NCBI GenBank assembly: GCA_022813865.1 | Contig: JALDZX010000082.1 | Span: 1 to 64,000 of the forward strand | Direction: 5' to 3' | Origin: Xylographa opegraphella | Lineage: Eukaryota | Length of the DNA: 64,000 nucleotides | In this document: piece by piece, positions 27,577-38,060 of the stretch | Numbering within the stretch: the stretch's first letter is position 1 | How the letters are laid out: each line of letters begins with the position of its first letter | The notes under the pieces: generated by a model | What the model saw: only the letters and a program-made list of their open reading frames with translations | Databases searched by the model: none | Told to the model about the DNA's origin: nothing | Program-made: the position numbers and the translations under genes

Positions 27577-30500
27577 TTAAATTCTCCTCAATATCCCCTC
27601 TACCACACTCTCCAACATTTTCAGTTTGTAACCTAAGGCGACTCTATCTATAATCCTCAATTCCCTTATTATCTTCTCTCGATTCATGGTTCCCGCCCAC
27701 ACGCCACTGCACCCACAATGCTCCATAAACTCATTAACCCTTACTCCCCTACATTTTGTACACCTCATATCCTGCGTCGTCCACTGCACCAGCACCTTCT
27801 GCACGCGCGCAATCAACTGCTCTTCGAGCGCCAGCCGTGGGTACTCCGCTCGGCAATGTAAACAGCGCCACGGTTTAGGCACGTCCGCAATAGTGGGGAG
27901 AAGATTCTCATCGCGGCACAGCTCAAGGTCGCGGACGGCGGTACATTCGGCACAGACAACAGCATCAAGGCGTAAGGTAGCAGAGGGGTTTTCGAAGCGG
28001 GCGGCCGGGCTGAATTCGCGGACGTCGAGGAGAGCGAGGAGATCCTTGCGGAGGACGCGCACAGGGAGGCTGAGTGCACGATCGAGCGCGAACACGTGCA
28101 TGAGGGACTTGACGAGCTGAAGCACAGGAGAAGTCGTGGTGTACGTGGCCAAGTGGGAGCCGGGCAGAAGAGGATAGGCATGATCTGAGGCAAGGGAAGG
28201 GTGAGCGAATTCGACACGATGGCGGGAGAGAAGGGAAATAATTTGGCGCTTGAGGGGTTTAGCAATGGATGCGGCCAGAATGGCGATAGCGGAGGAGGCA
28301 GAGTTGTTGTGTTCGGGTGCAAGGGTGTCTTTGATGGGAAGCTGATTGGAGCGCGGGGTGCTTTCAAGTTCGGAGGAGAGCGGTTGGTGCCGCTTAAGGG
28401 AATGCATAAGGTCGACGAACTCGACAATCCAGTCATGGAAGATGGACTGGTAGATTGGAGGAAGGAAAGTGCTGAGCTGCCAGTGCATAATTGTGTCGAG
28501 GGGCTGGATGTCCGCAGCAACGACTTCGGAGCAGGCTTTGCCACCGTAGTTAAATTCATCATACCAGACGAGGTAGTCCCAGTACTCCTTGACGTTGATA
28601 TCGAGGAAATTGAACAAAGGCTTCGCCTTGATGGACTTAAGGATATACTGGCTGTAAGCGTAGGCGTTCCCGACCTCCGCTTTTGTAGTCTGCACGAGGA
28701 GGCGGTTAGTGTTGGCGAAGACAACATGGGAGCCGACTCGCTTGAAGTCCATTGTAAGTTGCTGGAAGGCCTTATGTGCCATCATTTGCACGTAGAAGTG
28801 GAGGGAACGATCGTAGAGGAAGGAGTCGGGGCTTTCCACCCAACGGACAAGGTGCTGGACCATGATGTCCGCCATTGTGCTTCCTTTGCAAGCCTCTGTC
28901 CACCATGCTTTGACCATTTCTCGGAGTACGTTAAGTCCAGCGGAGGCGAACGCGTTTTCCGAGCACAAAACACCAGTACCATTGCCATTCTCGCCATCGC
29001 AGGGGCTAGCGGGATTGAAAGCGACTGAATCACTTCCCTCGAGCTCGTTGATCAGGGAAGATGTGAGGATAGTGTTGATTATTAAATTTTTGACGTCTAG
29101 CTCGATACATACCGATGAGTACGTGCCTGGATTGTTCACCGCAGGGATTTCTACAACCTCCATGGGGCCGAGGATATCATCCTTCTCATAGCCAGCATGG
29201 TCCGGGCGAGGGCCACGGGACCACCATAGTACAACATTGCTCTTCTGTAACCTCCTTGCATAGGCAACATCAATGAGGAACCGAGGATCATCTTTTTCTA
29301 GATTGCACAAAGGCACATCTCCGTATCTTGCGAGCTCGATCAGATGAGAGATCCATGAACCCAAACCAAGATAGTGTGTTATCAGGCGCTTGATTACAAG
29401 CGCCTGCCACCCCAACGGTGGTAAGACACTATCCGAGTCTTCAACTTTCAAAGGTAGTATTGGCAGATTCTTCAGAAGCGGAATGTCATGTACCAAAGCC
29501 ATTCGATGAGGTGACTGCATCACAAGAACCATAGGCTGCGCCTCATCTTTGCATATCTTCTTGAATGCATCATTCAGCTCCATGTATGCTTTTCGCTTCG
29601 TCGTAACCAGCGTGGTTCTGAACTGAATCCTTGACTGATACTTGAAATTGTCTTGCCATTGTTCACCACCATTTTCTTGTAGCTTTCTACCTAACAATTC
29701 AAGGTATGTTTTCTCGGCATTTGCAAGACCCTGAGCATCCTTCGTTCTATTAAGAATAATGATATGTGCTTCCTCCTTCACAGAAGAGAACAGCGCAAAG
29801 ACTTGTCGGTCATCTGACACAACATGGTGTAAGAAGTAATAGCCAAGAACCCTTCGTGAAAGATACGGGGCCTTTGCGGGTGTTCGCCTTAACGTAGACA
29901 ACTCGAAGCCATGCTCCAAACCCATGCCCAGTACGCCCTGTTGAGTCTCATCAAAAGTACAGAGACTGCCTAACTGGAGTACGGCCCGGACAGTGAGAGG
30001 GATTTCTTTCTCGTATACTCCTTCGACGCTTGGGTGATTGAATAGAATTGCAAGCTTCTGAGCTGAGCTTATGTAGTCATCACCCGACATCGTAAGTTTG
30101 AAAAGATGTACCGATGGATGTCCATTAGGTAAAGAGTGTGAAACCTTTTCAACTTTGCAGCCTCTGATATCGACGTCGGGTAGATCCTTAGCCTTGAGGT
30201 TCAAGAATACTTGGCGTCGAACCTTGACATTCAGGACGTGCACTTTTCTGTCAATCAACACGAAAGCTCGAACAATACCAGGAGTATCCGACTCTCGAAG
30301 TTGGAGGACTTGCCATGTGTTTGTAAAGAGTAGTTCAGCCTGATCACGAAAGAAACCACTAAGGCTATCGGCTGTAACGTTATTTCTTTCACCAAATAAC
30401 TGCCGGCGCCGTATCCTAGCTTGCTTCTGGAGCCTCCACTTCTTCTTCTGATACTCGAGAAAATTTGAGTAGTCTTCCGTTGGAGAAGGTATGACTGTGG

Positions 30501-33500
30501 GAAGGCTCGCATTGGGGTGCTGATGAGGACGTGCGACAATTTCTGGGCTCTTCCGCTTCAACAACCTTTTCAGAGTCTGACTAGCAGTCGATTTCGGTAG
30601 TTGAGAGGCATCAAAGTCTTCCAAATCAACTGGTAGTCGATGATCCAGGATATTCAGTGCTACTTCCAATAGAGGGGGTTTTCCAAATAAGTCTGTCATC
30701 TTTTTCTGCTTGAACCGATCGTCCTTTACATTGATACGTCGTTGGAGCCACTCAGGATGTCCAACCCGAGGGACAGGATTTCGGACCTTCTGTAACGCTG
30801 CCGGTATAGTAACAAGCTTTTGAATGACAGAACCGAGGCGTTCGAGATAGTAGTCCCAGTCAAGAATGGTTCGAGCATCCATGTCGCCTGGATCGTCTTT
30901 CATCCATTTCCGCAAAAAATAACGCTTTACAGATTGTTCTGCCGAGAAGATAGCAACTGGTATGGCTCTTTCAGTGACCGGCGCGTTCTTCGGCTTCGAA
31001 GCAATAATATACTTGCAGTTGAGACCCTTGTCCTTGATCATTTGTTCTCCGAGGAACTCTGCCAATCTCTTAGCAGTAGTGATAGATGTCGACTTTTGCA
31101 TTCCGTATTCTTCCAGCGTCTTTGACATACTTCTATTTTCGCAAATAAGGTCAATGAGCTCTTCGTCGGCAAGAGTCGATCCGTGCTGATATAAAACGTC
31201 TAACCATCTATTGGAGACTTTTGCAACAGCGGCATAAGTCTCCACAAGTGTAGTTCCCTCCAAGAAGAACTTAAAGATCTGTGTTTGGAAAATCTTGATG
31301 AGCTTCAGCTCTCCTCTCCGTTTCACTTCAAAGCCTTTGAGTTCCGCCAGAGTACCGTCGTGGTTGAACACAGCATATCGTTTTTTCAGATTTTTGTCCT
31401 CTTCTTTTGAAGTTGGAAGAACCATAGCTCTATATGGTCCATCCACCTCGAAGAAGATTGTGTTGTCACTATGCGTTTCATATTTGAATGTTTTAGGATC
31501 CACAAGTTCTTGGTACTGATGATTTGTGAATTTTCCATGAACTAGGTGGTTGAGCATTGTGCAGGGGTAGGATATCGGGAGCCTCTTTCCATTCCTTAGA
31601 GTGAATACAACATTTTCGGGAAAGGTGGCCGGTAACATACACCAGATTCCGTCAGTATCCAATTCCAGAGGCCTTCCAACACGTTCGACCAATTCTCTTG
31701 CCATCTGAATAATGTGTGCGCCAGTAAGACAAGTAACACCAGCCATCTCCATTGAGTACCAGCGAGATCCCTTCCGCATAACATATCCGTAGAAGCTGTT
31801 GAGAATGACCTTATGAGCGAGTTGCAAAGAATCGAAAAGAACGATCATTTTCTTGGCTTCCTCGATCTCAGGACTTGCAGCCCCTGACGCTTTCAGGCTC
31901 TCAATTTTGTTCTTCCATACTTTTTGCTTCCCCTTAAAATCATAACGTCTATCACGAAAATCCTTCACTGTGTCGACATAGAAGGGGTTTTCACGTTGAC
32001 ATATGATAGCTTCTCGCTCAAGTGTTTTCGTCTCATGGATTTTATGATAGATCTTCTTGCTGTAGTCCTGTAGTCGCTTCTTTACCACACTTGCTTGTTC
32101 GTCGACGCCGAGATCCTGAAACGTCCTTGCCGGACCATTTGCGTATTTGCCTGGAAAATGCTCGTTTTCTAATGCATGTCGAATCATATTGTACTCATTT
32201 TTCTGCGCAGGGAGAAATTCTCCACGCCACGACCAAGGCATTCGTCGATCGCAGGTCTTTCCAGGTCGATTGAAATCGCAGGCAGCACAATCTGATTCCT
32301 GAATCATAGAGTCTGGTTGCAACCTGTTTGTTGTCATGATGTTTGGGTACATGGAGGCGACATCCAAATGGTAGATTGATGGCCTTTCATGCCTATTTGG
32401 TGTTTGCCTCAGATCTTCCAGTTTCTCCACAATCTGGGCTTTCACTTCTTCGTAGTTCGTAACATCATCCAAAGACTTCTTCTCCTCGACTGTTATGCTG
32501 AACTGTAAGGCGGCGTCAAGGTCCCGTATGAGCTCGTTGATTGCTGTAATATCGATTGCAAAGTTGACAGGAATATCGCTTCGAAATACACCGGCCTCAA
32601 TACTCTCAACATGTCCACCAACATATGTTTCAGACTCGAGGAGGTGACCTTCCCAAAATGTCTCTTTGGAATCTTTGTGTTTGTTCGGAAGCACGATTCC
32701 CTTTTGGTAGGCCTGAACCATCAGTAACATCTCACAAAGAGTTCCAGTTCCCTTACGTAGCACATCGTCAGGGTTGAGGGGAATGATTGTGCAAAGCGAG
32801 AAGTTGAACGGATGAACATATTTCATGTAAAGATAATAAGTTGCCACAGCATCAGACACGGAATACTCGGCAAGTATCTGTGGCTGCTGACTTGCATACG
32901 GCGTCATCAGTTCGGGATCAAGCTCGTCAGGATCATAGCCAAGCTTCGCGACAGTTACAGCTTTCAGGCCTCGGCTACCTTGAGGAAGATAGCTGTCTCG
33001 ATTGACCCAACTGAAACAATCCATATGCGTACAGTAGTTGCTCTGGTAGATATCCTCACTATTCTTCCGAAACCCAATCTCCTGATACATGTCGAGTCCC
33101 AATATACTGGCTCTAGTCTCTATAAATGGCCAATCGAAGAAATCACCATTATATGTGGCAATCACCGTAGGTTTACATTCCTTGATGTGAAGAAAGAACC
33201 GCTCCAGGAGTGCTTTTTCGTCCGACTCGTTGAAGATAAGAAACGGGCCCTCGTACTCCGGCTTTGGAGTGTACTCGAAGTCTGAGATATCCTCCGACAC
33301 AATCTCGCGGTTCGTGATTAGAAATCCTTGGCCATCGATCATGTAAGATATCATCATTACTTTGTCGAAACTGGCGTCAGGAAATTTTAAGGGAAGCTTC
33401 GTGGTTTCGATATCGAAGGCAAATACCACTGGATCAGCTCGCTGTAGTCTCTCCTCGATCCAGCTCAGACCGACGACTCCATGTTTCGCCTCTACGGTAT

Positions 33501-34377
33501 ACCACTTGCCGATTCGAATATCTATAAACATAAGCTTCTGTTTTAGTATTCTGTGTTTTAGCAGCCGACTAGCCTTTATCAATTGCAACTCGCACATGGT
33601 AAGGCACATCATACTCCCGAATATCAACAATGTAATCACTCGCGTCGATGGCGCCACTAAGTCGTGCATGTTCATCCTGGGTATCGTCGTAAAAATCGAA
33701 TCCCGCATTGGCGCTGGATTGAGCGTCAGTTCTTTGGTTCTCAACGCATTTTCGGGTGTGTACGACCTCGCAACTTCGGTATACGTATCCATCGCACTCA
33801 TACTTTTCTTATTCTTCTCCGCTAGCGGCAGAATACCTCTTCTTGCCCCTAGAAGGTCCCCGATATTGGCGAATGTCAATTGCAGGAACGTACGCCTGTA
33901 TCCAAGAAGATGGTTAGGCATCTGGAGGTCCTCTTTTACCACTTTTTTCACCCCTTTGATAGCCCCCTCGAACTTTCTCCGGCACCATTCCTCCACTTCG
34001 GCTTCGCGGCCTCTCCTTACCGCGATCAAAAAGTAAGGATCATATTCGACCGTTGCCTTGAAGCTTCCGCCATCCTCCTCGAGAAAGTAGTAGTCTACTC
34101 CGGCACGACCTCCGGGCACCTTGTCATCCTCGATGGATGTACTGTGCATGTTGCAGAGCCAGCCAACCTTCTTTTTGCCAGAATCATACCGGCCAAAACC
34201 CATGGACTCATCAATCAAGTGCGCGAGGCGCGTCGCTTCAATTTTTTCATCTTGTGAGGTAGCTTCGCTGGCTCGGAGGGACGACGCTTCGACTATCTTG
34301 GGTTTTCGGGGATTGTAAGACGACTTGGACGATCTGAGAGTTCGGCCGAGGCTCCTGTCCGCTTTCCGCGCAGGCAT
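27577..34377 (-). CDS. POL2: DNA polymerase epsilon catalytic subunit, 3 exons (~2231 aa after splicing)
   Basis: ExoI [14 protein letters not shown], motif A [12 protein letters not shown], CysX [13 protein letters not shown], motif C LELDTDG, C-terminal Cys clusters. Removing introns 33714-33766 and 33522-33573 restores [24 protein letters not shown]. Confidence 0.98.
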   Translation of the reverse strand: [2266 protein letters not shown]

Positions 34378-34514
34378 CGTAGCAACACAGGAATTCCCTA
34401 AGCATGAGAGTCACGCAGGCACACACTCATCTCATGGGCTGGGAATCAGCGTTTCTTTAGCCATCTTCCACTCCTTGATCTGGCTAAAAGTGGATAGATT
34501 ATGGACCTGTCGGA

Positions 34515-34538
34515 ACGCGGTTTCCACAACGCGACGCG
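34515..34538. promoter_or_regulatory. Cluster of ACGCG (MCB-like) motifs in the POL2/HNH divergent promoter
   Basis: ACGCG at 34515, 34529 and 34534. MCB elements are typical of fungal S-phase replication genes. Confidence 0.5.
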
Positions 34539-34761
34539 ATCGAGCACGCTAGCACTAGAGCCTATGCCGGCCGGGGCCGAAAGGAATCGCTAACCATCTT
34601 AGGCTCTTGGCACTTTCCAGTTTCGCAACGTCGAAGCCAGCGCGTGGCGGCAGAGTTAACGGAGTCGAGATGTAGACCTACACACTATAGAGTGGTCTAC
34701 CCCTCGAGGCTCTCCCGATCTCCTATATCCTCTGTTCCGTGATTCATCTCTGTCTGTTTCC

Positions 34762-35591
34762 ATGACAGGTAATAATCACCTCGTGAATCTCGCTCTTTTC
34801 CGTGACTGCTTCTCCTCTTCGATCTTGCATCGACTGGACCTAGGAATTCCCAAGCAGCAGAAGCAGCGTCGCGGCAAGAGCCGGAAGAATGCAGTCAACC
34901 ATGTCAGCGAATCAGCAACTAGAGGGCCCGGCCTCCCAAGTAATAATGACGCTGAAGAACTGGCCGACTTTATTGGAGTTAGTTGCTCGAACTGGTATAT
35001 AGCGCCCCGGATGTTAACATTTCATAGTTTCTCGCCTCTGAGGTCTTCGACATTCTGCCTCCTGAATTAAAGGGACTCTCATATGCAGATCTCCAGTCTG
35101 ACTCGCAATTCGGAAGGAAACAGGCTTTCCCTGCGCTACTCGGAGATGTGGAGGATTTTGTTCCGAATATACCCCCCTCGGTAACGGACTCGATGGAAGC
35201 TTATGGTCTGCTTTCGAGATCAACAGACCTATCAAGTCTTGTTTCATCCGCCATGAAAGAGTATATCGCGACCGTCACAGCTGCCCCACCAATCTGGTCC
35301 AACACTCGCACTTCAAAATGCGAGATTTGCGATCGTGGCTGGATCCCTTTGACCTATCACCATCTTATTCCTAGGCAGTTACATGAAAAGGCTTTGAAGC
35401 GGAATTGGCATGACGGGTGGAGGCTCAACAGTGTGGCATGGCTTTGTCGAGCATGCCATAGCTTTGTACATCGTATTGCCAGCAACGAGGAGCTCGCGAA
35501 AGAGTTATGGACCGTCGATCTACTAATGGGCCGGAAGGACATTCAATCTTGGGCTAAGTGGGTCGGTCGAGTACGATGGAAGGCAAGGTAG
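34762..35591 (+). CDS. HNH-fold zinc-finger protein (YisB-like), 2 exons
   Basis: CEIC...TYHHLIP...NSVAWLCRACHSFVH motif; intron 34978-35027 gives a continuous frame. Confidence 0.8.
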
Positions 35592-36152
35592 CTGCTTGTC
35601 GGGTCCAGCTCTTATTGGGTGGGCAGATGTCTTTGTCTCGGTTGTTCCACACAGGGCAGGACAAGACCTCTCAAGACGCTGTTTCAACTTCGTAACCTAC
35701 AGAAATCGCGCGCTGAGCTCCTACCTAAGCATTCTCCTGAACCTGAAAGGGCTCAAAGAAGCGATGCAGCACCCGGTTTCGCAATTCTAGAAGGTGAAGT
35801 ATTATTTGGTAGGAATTTCCTTGGGAATTATTTTTGGGGTCCGCCTAAGGGGGATTTCAACAACACGTATTACTGTCCAGGTCGGCCCAGCCACGATGCC
35901 TCCCCGGCATTCCTGATGCGCTATAAACAGAGCAGACCTTCCACATACAACGAGATCCACTCTTTGATGTAAATCACATAATTATTCAGGCGTGTATCAA
36001 TCCACAGGGTAGATATTGTCATGAACTAGCGCCCTTAAGAGTTACAGTCAGTTTTTCAAAGAAGGCTATATTTCGTTCAAAGATAACGAGGAAATTGAAG
36101 CATGCGCTCAAGATCGGGCGTCAGTGGCAAGACGCTCGCCAGCGCCAGCATC

Positions 36153-37931
36153 CTACGTACAGACCCGTGAGTATACCGCACTCACAAATCGCCCGCACTC
36201 TACTCGTTGTTCCATCTCCACCCACCGTCCGTTAACCTTGACTCTGCCGCGTGGAGTTATCTGGAATCGATGGTCCTCCCCCTTTTCTTTCCCCTTCTTC
36301 TCCATCACATCCAGCGGCCGGATATACAATGGTTGAGCAACATTGTTGCGCTTACCCGTGCCCAGCTGATAGTACTCGTTTCCTCCCCACCACAATACAT
36401 CCGCACCCCAATTTGTATCGTTTTCGCTGCTGCCACTATGTACCCCAACGTGGGTAACATTGTTCATCGTTGCGGACGCGTGCGTGCTACCAACGCTAAG
36501 ATGGGCTAATCGAATAGGAATGACGGTTGAGGTAGGCTCATCATACTCGAAGAGACTGGACAGGGCCTTGACCTTTGTGGGCGCACCTTGCACGTGCGTC
36601 CAGCGCCCATTACCGAGCCCGCCCCAGGTGCCTTGACCACAAGCCCAAGTGTCAGATGTGACGCGGCCGATGCCGCGAATACCAGAAGGGTCCTCTCCCG
36701 GGGCTGCGACGCGGGTGGCATCGACAGTGAAGAAAGAGTTGACACCGCCCGCTGCAATGGATGTGACACGCAGAGCCTGGCTAGTACCGGCATAGAGTCT
36801 GTTAATAGGCACGAGCGAAGGTGCGTCAATGTAAGGGGACTCGGAGTTTGGATCGAAACCAAGCTGACCGAGGGAATTATCGCCAAAGGTGAAAACTCTA
36901 CCTTCTCCATCAACAGCGAGCGAGTGATAGTCGCCGGCGGCTATATGTCGAATATTGAAGCCGCGGAGTGTCGTGATTTCATGGGGCTGATCGTATGCCC
37001 CCTCAGGGCGGTGGGTCCAGGTAAGACCAGGAATGCCCAGCTGGCCTTTTGAGGGGAACTCGGTAGAGGAGGAAGCGGCGGTAAAGAGCCGACCGGAAGA
37101 AGTTAGAAGGAGGACGTGATCGAGACCGGAGGCGATGGAGGCCACTTTCTCAGGAGTTAGGATCGTGCGGTAGGAAATTGGGGACGTTGCGGACAGAAAG
37201 GGAATCCAGCTGCTTTCCTGTGGCTTGGGGCCAGAAAGCTGGTCGATTTGGGAGACTGGGAGAGTATAGACTTTTCCAGAAGAAGAGAGTGTAATAATGC
37301 GATCTCGAGATATTTGAACTTGTTTTAAATTTTTCCCTGTGAGCGTCCTGATTGGTTGCCTTGATTCCCCTGAGAAGTCAGCGCCCCATTGCAGGAGGTC
37401 ACCATTCTCTGTTATGGCGACTCCGAAGTTTCGGTCGAGCTTAATATCTCGCAGAAGAGTTCCATCGAAGTATGGTATTCTCCGTGGGGATTTCACAAAC
37501 GTCTCGTCCGAGTCCGGAGCTGCCACTCGTCCACTATTGGACCCCCAAGCATATACGCCCGGATTCTCCCAACTCCTCTTCACTTGCAAATGCTGTGAAC
37601 TTATAGAATCTCTATTTTGCTCCTTCGACAGTCCTATCCTCTTCTTAGTCTTTTCAATCGTCATTTCAATAGGAGCAGATGGGGCTTCAGCATGTAGTTC
37701 TCGAAGCCCGATTGGCCGGGAGGCATAGAGAAGAGCTAGGCCAGCACCTGCAGCCAAAAGGACACCGAACGAGCGATGCCAGAGCTTCTGAGCGTCTGCA
37801 CCAGACCGCTGTGGTTGTTGACTACCGAAGCGGCGTCGTGTACCACTCTGCTTCAAGCCATTGCAACGGCTAGCTCGACATGCTATACATATATCATGAA
37901 CGGCCCGCGGCGCAGAGCGAGCAGTATACAT
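36153..37931 (-). CDS. FMP25: Mitochondrial RCC1/BLIP-II beta-propeller protein (Fmp25-like); frame stays open upstream to 38048
   Basis: Arg-rich presequence, TM segment, SWENPGVYAWGSN, RCC1 repeats (IAAGDYHSLA, FGDNSLGQLG), WGGNEYYQLGTGKRNN. Confidence 0.82.
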   Translation of the reverse strand: MYTARSAPRAVHDICIACRASRCNGLKQSGTRRRFGSQQPQRSGADAQKLWHRSFGVLLAAGAGLALLYASRPIGLRELHAEAPSAPIEMTIEKTKKRIGLSKEQNRDSISSQHLQVKRSWENPGVYAWGSNSGRVAAPDSDETFVKSPRRIPYFDGTLLRDIKLDRNFGVAITENGDLLQWGADFSGESRQPIRTLTGKNLKQVQISRDRIITLSSSGKVYTLPVSQIDQLSGPKPQESSWIPFLSATSPISYRTILTPEKVASIASGLDHVLLLTSSGRLFTAASSSTEFPSKGQLGIPGLTWTHRPEGAYDQPHEITTLRGFNIRHIAAGDYHSLAVDGEGRVFTFGDNSLGQLGFDPNSESPYIDAPSLVPINRLYAGTSQALRVTSIAAGGVNSFFTVDATRVAAPGEDPSGIRGIGRVTSDTWACGQGTWGGLGNGRWTHVQGAPTKVKALSSLFEYDEPTSTVIPIRLAHLSVGSTHASATMNNVTHVGVHSGSSENDTNWGADVLWWGGNEYYQLGTGKRNNVAQPLYIRPLDVMEKKGKEKGEDHRFQITPRGRVKVNGRWVEMEQRVECGRFVSAVYSRVCT

Positions 37932-38060
37932 GATAGCTGGAATTAACTTTGCAACATAATCCTCAGATGTGCTATTGATATTGCATCGGCCTGGTAAACA
38001 TTTAATCCATCGCAGAAACTTTGAGATACTAATGTTGACTTTCAGCATTTCCAGACGTCA

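Noticed and set aside
27686..29191. Long alternative-frame and antisense ORFs (up to 304 aa) over the GC-richer 3' part of POL2
   Set aside because: Expected shadows of codon bias; no recognisable motifs.
27577..34377. Possible intein or inserted domain in POL2
   Set aside because: No intein or LAGLIDADG motifs; the only foreign-looking stretch is explained by two introns.
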